Positions 10,039 through 17,033 of a DNA stretch of 64,000 nt are shown piece after piece; within the stretch, counting starts at the first letter, position 1; each line of letters starts with the position of its first letter. The notes under the pieces are model-generated. The model worked only from the letters and a program-made list of their open reading frames with translations. It did not search any database and had not been told where the DNA came from. The position numbers and the translations under genes were made by a program. Origin of the DNA: an uncultured Verrucomicrobiae bacterium (GTDB taxonomy: Bacteria > Verrucomicrobiota > Verrucomicrobiia > Chthoniobacterales > JAFAMB01); the NCBI GenBank assembly GCA_963837955.1, contig CAWIPH010000002.1:10966-74965 (forward strand). Direction: 5' to 3'.

Positions 10039-10617
10039 ATGGGTCATTCACAGACAGAAAAAAAGCAAAACCATGAGCGCATTGTCCGGGCCGCCGCAAA
10101 ACGGTTTCGGGAAAAGGGTCTGGAAGGCGTGGGCATTGCCGATCTTATGAAAGAGGTCGGCCTCACCGTTGGTGGCTTTTACAAGCACTTCGACTCCCGT
10201 GACGATCTGGTGGTCGAGGCTCTTCGTTCTGCGCTGGGAACCTGGCGCCGTCAGTCGGACGCTGCTGCAGCCGGTGGTCCGCCACTGACCTACGCTAAGC
10301 TGGTCGACAACTATCTGAGCGAGGCGCATCGCGACCATCCTGGTGCAGGCTGTCCCATCGGCGCGTTGACTGGAGAGATCGCCCGCAGCGGTAAGCGAAC
10401 CCGCGCGCTTTTGACCGAAGAGATCCGAAGCGCATTCCGGTTGATTGCCGATTTGATCCCGGGCAAGGACGAGGCGCCGGCTAGATCGAGAGCAATTTTA
10501 ACCCTGAGCGCACTGGTCGGCGCAATTGGGCTCTCCCGCGCGATATCAGATGAGGCGCTTTCGCGCGAAATCTTGAAGACCGTTAGTGAGCTTCTGAAAA
10601 AAGAGGCCCGCGAATAG
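10039..10617 (+). CDS. TetR/AcrR-family transcriptional regulator
   Basis: The N-terminal HTH is RIVRAAAKRFREKGLEGVGIADLMKEVGLTVGGFYKHFDSRDDLV. The protein is 192 aa. Confidence 0.9.
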   Translation: MGHSQTEKKQNHERIVRAAAKRFREKGLEGVGIADLMKEVGLTVGGFYKHFDSRDDLVVEALRSALGTWRRQSDAAAAGGPPLTYAKLVDNYLSEAHRDHPGAGCPIGALTGEIARSGKRTRALLTEEIRSAFRLIADLIPGKDEAPARSRAILTLSALVGAIGLSRAISDEALSREILKTVSELLKKEARE

Positions 10618-10673
10618 GGTGACCTCCAAGGGCGTAACATATGGACACGGTTCCCGGGGTTAAAACCCCGGCG

Positions 10674-10845
10674 GGGAGGGATCGCAGCCTGTCCGACATA
10701 GCTTTTGATGCATCACGCTCAACGACCGTGCGCTTTTGCGACGTCGGATCCTCGCGATCCGCGGCGCACGAGGATCCGACGTCGCGCTCGAGCATTCTGC
10801 AGCAGGCATCCAAAGGGCTATGTCGGACAGGCTGTGCGCCCTCCC
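10674..10845. repeat. 172-bp nested palindromic intergenic element
   Basis: The outer 29-bp inverted repeat is GGGAGGGATCGCAGCCTGTCCGACATAGC (10674-10702) against GCTATGTCGGACAGGCTGTGCGCCCTCCC (10817-10845). The inner perfect 17-bp inverted repeat is GCGACGTCGGATCCTCG (10738-10754) against CGAGGATCCGACGTCGC (10769-10785). The CCTGTCCGACATAGC core recurs at about 12238. Confidence 0.7.
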
Positions 10846-10961
10846 GGCGAACGGCGTGACGCGATTTTAGTTGCCAAATCGGTGAGCGTAGTCATCGAAT
10901 TAAGCGCGAACCATGGAATCTGTGGTTTTGAATTCTGGCGGGATCCGGAAAAAGAAACAGC

Positions 10962-11369
10962 ATGAAAACTGATCAACCAGCACCCAAGAATATTGACGAA
11001 TATATCGCGGGCTTCCCACCTGATGTTCAAGGAATTCTGAAAAAGATTAGAGTGACGATTAGAAAAGCGGCGCCAGACGCAGAAGAAACGATCAAATACC
11101 AAATGCCGACCTTCGTTCTGAAGGGCAATTTGGTGTATTTCTCTGCCTGGAAAAAGCATATCGGGTTCTATCATCTGTCGACAGCATCCGAGACACTCCA
11201 GGAAGAGCTATCTGTTTACGCAGGACCAAAGGGCTCGTTAAAGTTCCCATTAGATAAGCCAATGCCGCTCGGCCTGATAAGTAAGATTGTAAAGCTCAGG
11301 GTAAAGGAAAACCAAGAAAAGGCAGAAGCCAGAGGAAAGAAGAAATTGAAATGGGGCCGACCGCAATAA
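10962..11369 (+). CDS. DUF1801 (YdhG-like) domain protein
   Basis: NIDEYIAGFPPDVQGILKKIRVTIRKAAPDAEETIKYQMPTFVLKGNLVYFSAWKKHIGFY is the characteristic DUF1801 pattern. It has a Lys-rich tail. Confidence 0.75.
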   Translation: MKTDQPAPKNIDEYIAGFPPDVQGILKKIRVTIRKAAPDAEETIKYQMPTFVLKGNLVYFSAWKKHIGFYHLSTASETLQEELSVYAGPKGSLKFPLDKPMPLGLISKIVKLRVKENQEKAEARGKKKLKWGRPQ

Positions 11370-11387
11370 GAATGGTTTGGCTTGTCC

Positions 11388-11921
11388 CTAGGCTGAGAAT
11401 TTCCATTTGCCTCTTTTCTTCCGATAACTCTTAGGGCGCGAAGGCAGAATCGCAACCTGATCGGCGTCTTTGTAGAAGATCTGCGATTTCATCGGGTTCT
11501 TCTGCCGAATAACCCGAATGACATGACCTTCCCTGATCGCCCGGGCCACGATCGCTCGACCAACTTCTCGCCAACCTTTCTCGGTAAAAAAAAATCGAAC
11601 CCGCCGATTTTCGATTTCCGGAAACTTCACGTTCATGCCGGCCAGCCCAGCCGTCCACGCACCACGAAGTGGGCCAGGAGACCCCGGAATGAACTCCTGA
11701 CGCGAGAAGCTGAATGAGCCTTTCTTGGCGTTTGCGAGGATGCGGTAAATCATGCTATGAGGATTTCTGCCGGCATCATAAGTGACGCGCGTTCGCCCCT
11801 CGACTTGCGAAAGAATCTTATCGGGATTAGAAGACACCTCTCCCAGAGTTTGATCGCCAATGTCAGCGCGCGTGAAAGCGGCAACTGTCTTTTGCGATCG
11901 GAAGAGGCTTCGTCGCGACAC
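11388..11921 (-). CDS. Hypothetical protein (no family recognised)
   Basis: This is a 177-aa ORF convergent with the DUF1801 gene. It contains an in-frame A9/T9 homopolymer (11586-11594, coding RFFFT). Its first ~15 nt overlap tandem-repeat unit 1. Coding status is uncertain. Confidence 0.35.
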   Translation of the reverse strand: MSRRSLFRSQKTVAAFTRADIGDQTLGEVSSNPDKILSQVEGRTRVTYDAGRNPHSMIYRILANAKKGSFSFSRQEFIPGSPGPLRGAWTAGLAGMNVKFPEIENRRVRFFFTEKGWREVGRAIVARAIREGHVIRVIRQKNPMKSQIFYKDADQVAILPSRPKSYRKKRGKWKFSA

Positions 11922-12405
11922 GTGCGCCGCGCGGGCGCAACCTATTGATAAACCGAGGAATCGAGGCCAAGGTGCGCTGGCCTTGCTCTACCTTGGGCAG
12001 TTCCCGGGAGCCGCAAGCGGCTCCCCTCCGATGTCGGGGATTCCGGCTCAACTTAGCAAACATACAATATTTTTGTTCTTCCTTGCGATCTCTGCGTTCT
12101 TTTACGGCCATTCTCCTCTCGGAAAAAGCTCCGTCGGGACACGTGCGTCGCCCGGGCGCAACCCATCGATAGACCGAGGAATCGAGGCCAATAGTGCGCT
12201 GATCATGCTCAGCCTTGGGTAGTTCCCGGGAGCCGCACCTGTCCGACATAGCCTCGCTCTTCTCAATATCGTGGCAACAGCACTGACGCGAAGTCGGAAG
12301 CGGCTCCCCTCCGATGTCGGGGATTATGCCTCGATGTAGCTAACATAAATTCTTTCTGTTCTCTCTTTGTGGTCTCTGTGTTCTTTTGCGGCTATTTCTT
12401 CTCTT
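11907..12405. repeat. Two tandem copies of a ~221-bp composite repeat, the second with a ~60-bp insertion
   Basis: Unit 1 starts GCTTCGTCGCGACACGTGCGCCGCGCGGGCGCAACC at 11907. Unit 2 starts GCTCCGTCGGGACACGTGCGTCGCCCGGGCGCAACC at 12128. Both contain ACCGAGGAATCGAGGCCAA, GTTCCCGGGAGCCGCA, AAGCGGCTCCCCTCCGATGTCGGGGATT and a T-rich CTTTGCG-like tail. Unit 2 carries an insert containing CCTGTCCGACATAGC. Confidence 0.7.
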
Positions 12406-12415
12406 GTCAGGTCAG

Positions 12416-12482
12416 ATCTATTAAAGAATTAATTGACGTATTTGCTGATCGCGCCTAGCTATCTATTAATTCTTTAATAGAT
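12416..12482. promoter_or_regulatory. AT-rich operator-like inverted repeats abutting the blaI-like start codon
   Basis: ATCTATTAAAGAATTAAT (12416-12433) is the exact reverse complement of ATTAATTCTTTAATAGAT (12465-12482). The proximal site is itself a palindrome (ATCTATTAA-TTCT-TTAATAGAT) and ends 1 nt before the ATG at 12483. Confidence 0.5.
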
Positions 12483-12866
12483 ATGGCCCGCAAACCATCA
12501 CCAACTTTGACAGACGCTGAGTTGCGTCCCATGGAAATACTTTGGGAGCGAGGACCCTCGACAGTCGCCGAGGTGGTCAACGCGTTACCTGAGCTACTGG
12601 GACTGAGCTATAGCACAGTACTCACTACGCTCCGGATTTTGGAACAGAAAGGGTATGTCGAACATACCAAAGAGGGACAGGCTTATGTTTATCACCCGAT
12701 CGTCGACCGCAATCAGGCTCGCAAGAAGGTCCTCAAACATATTCTAAATCGTTTCTTTGACGACTCACCGGAACTTCTGGTCATGAAGCTTTTGGAATCG
12801 GAGCATATCGATGCCGAGGACTTGCAACGGATTCAACGGCTGATCAATCAAGGAGAGAAACTGTGA
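12483..12866 (+). CDS. BlaI/MecI/CopY-family transcriptional repressor
   Basis: LTDAELRPMEILWERGPSTVAEVVNAL...SYSTVLTTLRILEQKGYVEHTKEGQAYVYHPIV is the winged-helix Penicillinase_R pattern. The protein is 127 aa. Confidence 0.9.
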   Translation: MARKPSPTLTDAELRPMEILWERGPSTVAEVVNALPELLGLSYSTVLTTLRILEQKGYVEHTKEGQAYVYHPIVDRNQARKKVLKHILNRFFDDSPELLVMKLLESEHIDAEDLQRIQRLINQGEKL

Positions 12867-12896
12867 GCACCAATCTGGATCTCGATCACCTCATGT

Positions 12897-14822
12897 TTGC
12901 GGATGATAGCCGAGCATTTGGTCAATGGTTTGATTCTGTCGGCAGCAATCTTCCTTGGGTCAATATTGTTATTCCGTTTTCTCCTCCGCGAACAGCGTTG
13001 GAGCGCTGCCACCCGCCACCGAGTCTTGCTTCTGACCTTTTTTGTTCTAGCTAGCACTCCGATCCTAACGGCGCTGAAACCAACGCGACCGAGTGACAGT
13101 CTGCCTAGAACTGGGCAGCTCTTGGCGGAACAACCTTGGCCCACAGAAATTCAAATGTTTTCTGGCGTGGCTGTACCATCGGAAGCCAATCGCTCTACGC
13201 CCCAGCATCATTGGCGACAGCCCGGCTTTTGGCTGCGCTGGATCGACTGGCCCGTAGCTCTGGCCGTGCTATGGACAATGCTCGTCTTGGTTTATTTTTA
13301 TCGTTTGGCGGCGGCTATCAATAGGCTTCGACTTCTTCATCGCAGCGCACGACCTCTGACGGTTTCGACGGACCTCACGTTCCGCCGAAAAATAACGATC
13401 GCCGAATCCTCGCGTATTTCTTCTCCGGTAGCGGTGGGTCTATGGTCGCCAAAGGTACTACTGCCATCAAATTTTCAGTCGGGTTTTTCTGTGGAGGATC
13501 GCGCGAACGTGTTGCGCCATGAAATCGCGCATCTTGAGCGGTTTGATGACTGGTCGAATCTGGCGCAGCAACTCTTCATTGCCTTATTTCCGATAAACCC
13601 CTTTCTCTGGATCCTACGCAAGCGATTGCAACTTCAGGAAGAGATCGCTTGTGACGACTGGGCATTAGCGGGCGCTGATCAGCCGAAAAACTATGCGAGT
13701 CTGCTCACTCGCTTGGCTGCCAGTTATCACGGAGGGCCGTCGCTGGTGTCCGGGGTGAGCCGAGGCGGCAAACACCTTTACCGACGGGTGTCGCGCATTT
13801 TGGATAAGAACTGTAACCGGAGTCTCAAACCATCTTGGCGAAGCACTCTGTTGGCTGGGCTTGGTTTGATTTTCTCGTTGGCTGGAGGCCTGTTTTGGTT
13901 GCCGGCGGTGGTATGGACGTCGCCCGCTCAAGCAGCAGAGGTTCAAAACACGCCCGCGAACCAAGATAGCAAACCCCAGAAGCTAAGTACCGAAGTCATT
14001 ACGTTGCTAAAGAATTCAGCGTTGAACGACCCGGATGCAGGAGTTCGCCGAGAGGCGGTGAACGCTTTGGTCAGAGCGGCTGGCGACGAGGCTACCACTG
14101 CGCTTCTGGCTCTTTTGAATGAGAGCAAGGATGATCAGGTCAAGCTGCTCATCTTACGCCGGCTCGATCGTGAACGGGTAGGCGAAGCCAGAGTCAAGGA
14201 GAAGCTGAACGAGCTGGCAGCACATGAACAGTCGTTGCCGATCAGAATAGCAGCGCTAAGCGCGTTGGCCCGCACTATCGACGAGAGTGCGGTCGAGAAG
14301 TTCATTTCGATCTATCGATCCGCCTCCGAACCGCCGATTAAAGAGGCCTGCTTGTACGGGTTAACCGGAACACCTTCCAACGTAGCGAAGGATTTTCTGA
14401 TTTCGGTTGCCAAAGATGATCCGGATCCGGTGATGCGACGGGTGGCGCTGCGCGCAGTTTCTGGTTCAACGGGAAAACGGATTATGATCCGGACCAAGGG
14501 GGCCATGATAGATGGTGGGGAGTTAGAAGATTTAGGCTATTTTTCGCTTGGCCAAGTTCCCGAGGGCTTAGACGAAATGGTTTTACAACCGAGAGCCGAT
14601 CTCCTCGATTCGCCCGAAGGCCTGGCCGATCTCGAGAAAAAGAGAGCGGACGTCTTAGCGCAACGAGCAGAACAGCTGAAACAGCGCATCCAGGCGATTC
14701 CGTTACCGAAGATTCCTGGTGAGGAGTCCGAATTGGAGCCTCCGAGCGCCCCGACTCCGCCCGAATTGCCGTCCAACAAGTCTACTGGCGGGCCTTCTCC
14801 AAAGCCTTCTCCAAATCGGTAG
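12897..14822 (+). CDS. BlaR1-like M56 membrane metalloprotease with C-terminal HEAT-like repeats and a Pro-rich tail
   Basis: The N-terminal TM segments are followed by the HExxH motif in LRHEIAHLERFDDW. The C-terminal half has HEAT/PBS-lyase-like repeats (DPDAGVRREAVNALVRAAGDEATTALLALL..., DDPDPVMRRVALRAV). No penicillin-binding sensor domain was recognised. Confidence 0.85.
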   Translation: MRMIAEHLVNGLILSAAIFLGSILLFRFLLREQRWSAATRHRVLLLTFFVLASTPILTALKPTRPSDSLPRTGQLLAEQPWPTEIQMFSGVAVPSEANRSTPQHHWRQPGFWLRWIDWPVALAVLWTMLVLVYFYRLAAAINRLRLLHRSARPLTVSTDLTFRRKITIAESSRISSPVAVGLWSPKVLLPSNFQSGFSVEDRANVLRHEIAHLERFDDWSNLAQQLFIALFPINPFLWILRKRLQLQEEIACDDWALAGADQPKNYASLLTRLAASYHGGPSLVSGVSRGGKHLYRRVSRILDKNCNRSLKPSWRSTLLAGLGLIFSLAGGLFWLPAVVWTSPAQAAEVQNTPANQDSKPQKLSTEVITLLKNSALNDPDAGVRREAVNALVRAAGDEATTALLALLNESKDDQVKLLILRRLDRERVGEARVKEKLNELAAHEQSLPIRIAALSALARTIDESAVEKFISIYRSASEPPIKEACLYGLTGTPSNVAKDFLISVAKDDPDPVMRRVALRAVSGSTGKRIMIRTKGAMIDGGELEDLGYFSLGQVPEGLDEMVLQPRADLLDSPEGLADLEKKRADVLAQRAEQLKQRIQAIPLPKIPGEESELEPPSAPTPPELPSNKSTGGPSPKPSPNR

Positions 14823-14830
14823 GGATGCCG

Positions 14831-14977
14831 ACGTAGCCTGATCCTCCTGGCTCAGAGAGCGTGTCAGTGATCAGTGATTGGTGAGAAGTGAATAGTGGAA
14901 CTTATCGGCAAAATCTTTTGCTAATCACTAATCACCAATCACTCACCCGCACCCTGAGGCTGGAGCATCAGGCTACT
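14831..14977. repeat. MITE-like palindromic repeat element (copy 1)
   Basis: Imperfect terminal inverted repeats are GACGTAGCCTGATCCTCCTGGCTCAGAG (left) and CCTGAGGCTGGAGCATCAGGCTAC (right). The inside holds GTGATTG-type heptamers facing CACTAAT/CACCAAT heptamers. The element ends 1 nt from the stop codon of the Na/Pi gene. Confidence 0.75.
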
Positions 14978-14978
14978 T

Positions 14979-16682
14979 TCAAACGGGCAGAGCCTCGGTG
15001 GAAGCTAACTTTGCCTCGTGATTCTCCTCAACTTCAGTCGAGCTCAAAAACTTCTGATCGATCTCCGAAAAATCGCCCCGTGGCTGATCTGACTTATTCG
15101 CATTTCGAACCAAAGCATAAGCGATCGACGTCAACTGGCTGTTGATCCGCCGCAGACTATCAAGCAAATCGAGAAAGTTAGAGTTCGTAGACTGGATTGG
15201 TTTCTCCAGGCGCTGCTTACGGAAGACTCGCAATTGATTGTTAATTTCCTCTTTTTCTCGGATTAATTGTACCGCGAAGTGCTGGTCCCGTGACATAACG
15301 AGCATGGCGACTTTCGCGATGCGTTTCAGCGTGCGCGAGTAAAGAGTCTCCAGCTCTCGGCGATCTTCCGGCGAAAGTTCATGCGTCGATCGAGCTTCGC
15401 GTAATGCGGCTTCAGAAAGGTCCCGCCGGATAAGCGTGCCGACGGTGCACAGATCTTGGGCGTAGTCCAAAACAATGAGCTTCCAGTCAATATCCTCTTC
15501 GCTCAGATTCTCGTCGCTCACCTGGCTGAGATAGTCTTTAAGACCTTCCTCTGTCTGCTCGACCCGCCTTTGCTGTTCTTCGATCTTGCTTACCAGATGA
15601 ACATTCTTTGCTGAAAAGATTGCCCGGACCGTGCGTAGCATCAGCTTTAATTGATCCATTAACCGCAGTTCCTCGCGAGCGGCATGGTTGAGGGCCAACG
15701 ACGGCGACTGCAGCAGAAGCGGATCAAGATAGCTGTCGGTCTCGCCGGAGTCGTCGGAATTTGGGGATTCAACCAGGAAAACGATAATTCGGTAGATCAG
15801 CGAGAGCACAGGTAAAGCTGCGAGGCCGAGCACCAGATTGAACAACGTATTCAAATTCGCAGCCTGTCGATCGATCTCGCCCGGAAGAAGGTGGATGATG
15901 AAAGTAAACAAACGGGAACTGGCCACGAGCAAGACGGCTGCTCCGCAGCCCTTAATCAGAAGGCTGCCGATCGCGAGCCGGCGGCCCTCGATGCTGCCCC
16001 AGCCCGCAATCATCATGGTGAGCGTGATTCCGAGATTTGCGCCCAGCACCCATGGCACCATCGTCGCACCTGGAAGCAATCCGGATTGGGCTAGTCCAAT
16101 GCCCAATCCGATGGAAGCCGTCGAACTTTGAAGGATAACGGTCAGCAGTGCTGTCGCCAGAAACACTAGCAGGGGATAGTGTTCAGCGACGCCGAAGACC
16201 AGCTTCAGATCTGGATTGGCAGCGGCGACGCTTCCCGCTTTTCCGATCATTTCCATCGCTAAGAAAATCAGACCGATCCCCAGCAGCATTTGGCCGACTC
16301 CGCGAAAAATCGCGCGGTTCGAAAATAGGAATCCGATTCCTCCGGCGACAAGAAAGACACCGGCGTAGTCCTGTAAGCGAAGCGCCAGTAACTGGACCGA
16401 AACCGTGATACCGACGTTTGCTCCTAAAACGATGGCTAACATGCGCTCAGCCGTTAGCGTCGTTTCATTCAACATCTGCACCGACAACATCGCTATGGCG
16501 CTCGACGATGGCGCGACGCAGCCAGCCACTGCACCGGCGAAGAACGCTTGATAACGATTCTTTGTCATCTGTTGCAGCCAATCGACTAGTCGATTGCCTA
16601 ACAGACGATCCAGGCCTTTGCGTACGTAGCGCATGCCCAGAAGTACAAGGATGACACCAGTCGCGATATTCAGGAACGGCAT
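14979..16682 (-). CDS. Na+/phosphate cotransporter family protein (NptA/YjbB-like) with PhoU-like C-terminal region
   Basis: The N-terminus MPFLNIATGVILVLLGMRYVRKGLDRLLGNRL...SSSAIAMLSV and a repeated membrane half (TVILQSSTASIGLGIGLA) match Na_Pi_cotrans repeats. The soluble helical C-terminal ~220 aa resembles a PhoU-like region. Confidence 0.85.
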   Translation of the reverse strand: MPFLNIATGVILVLLGMRYVRKGLDRLLGNRLVDWLQQMTKNRYQAFFAGAVAGCVAPSSSAIAMLSVQMLNETTLTAERMLAIVLGANVGITVSVQLLALRLQDYAGVFLVAGGIGFLFSNRAIFRGVGQMLLGIGLIFLAMEMIGKAGSVAAANPDLKLVFGVAEHYPLLVFLATALLTVILQSSTASIGLGIGLAQSGLLPGATMVPWVLGANLGITLTMMIAGWGSIEGRRLAIGSLLIKGCGAAVLLVASSRLFTFIIHLLPGEIDRQAANLNTLFNLVLGLAALPVLSLIYRIIVFLVESPNSDDSGETDSYLDPLLLQSPSLALNHAAREELRLMDQLKLMLRTVRAIFSAKNVHLVSKIEEQQRRVEQTEEGLKDYLSQVSDENLSEEDIDWKLIVLDYAQDLCTVGTLIRRDLSEAALREARSTHELSPEDRRELETLYSRTLKRIAKVAMLVMSRDQHFAVQLIREKEEINNQLRVFRKQRLEKPIQSTNSNFLDLLDSLRRINSQLTSIAYALVRNANKSDQPRGDFSEIDQKFLSSTEVEENHEAKLASTEALPV

Positions 16683-16837
16683 ATTGTTTTCAATCTCGCT
16701 AAGGGTTTCTCACACTACATATTGGCCTCTCTATCGGCGTTATGCTGCTCATACCGTGCAGCCACATACCTATTGTAGATTCAGCCGGATTAACAACCAA
16801 CGGCCACCCCGATTAAAAAAATTTAATGAAAGAAGCG

Positions 16838-17009
16838 GACGTAGCCTGATCCTCCTGGCTCAGAGGTACATCGTGTGAGAGGTGAGAAGTGATTGGTGAA
16901 TAGTGGATGCATATCGGCAAGTCCTCGGTAGAAATCCCCATCACCCTTTCACTAATCACTAATCACCAATCACGCGCTGTACCCCTGAGCCAGGAGGATC
17001 AGGCTACGT
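16838..17009. repeat. MITE-like palindromic repeat element (copy 2, near-perfect TIRs)
   Basis: GACGTAGCCTGATCCTCCTGGCTCAGAGG (16838-16866) faces CCCTGAGCCAGGAGGATCAGGCTACGT (16983-17009). The internal GTGAGAAGTGATTGGTGAATAGTGG faces CACTAATCACTAATCACCAATCAC. It has the same orientation as copy 1. Confidence 0.8.
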
Positions 17010-17033
17010 TGCCCAGCACGCCGATACGGCACA

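Noticed and set aside
10641-10965. Small ORFs (72-86 aa) on both strands across the region downstream of the TetR gene
   Set aside because: They overlap each other and mirror the nested palindrome at 10674-10845. Symmetric ORFs on both strands are the expected by-product of an inverted repeat.
12863-13054. An ORF starting at 12863 that overlaps the blaI-like stop, considered as a possible upstream start for the BlaR1-like gene
   Set aside because: It is in a different frame from 12897-14822 and ends after 63 codons. The ORF at 12897 carries the TM segments and the HExxH motif.
14831-14858. The TIR sequence GCCTGATCCTCCTGGCTCAGAG resembles the 5' end of 16S rRNA (the TGATCCTGGCTCAG region used by universal primers)
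   Set aside because: It has a 3-nt insertion relative to the rRNA sequence and occurs in several short copies as an inverted repeat. It is not followed by any 16S-like sequence. No rRNA gene is present.
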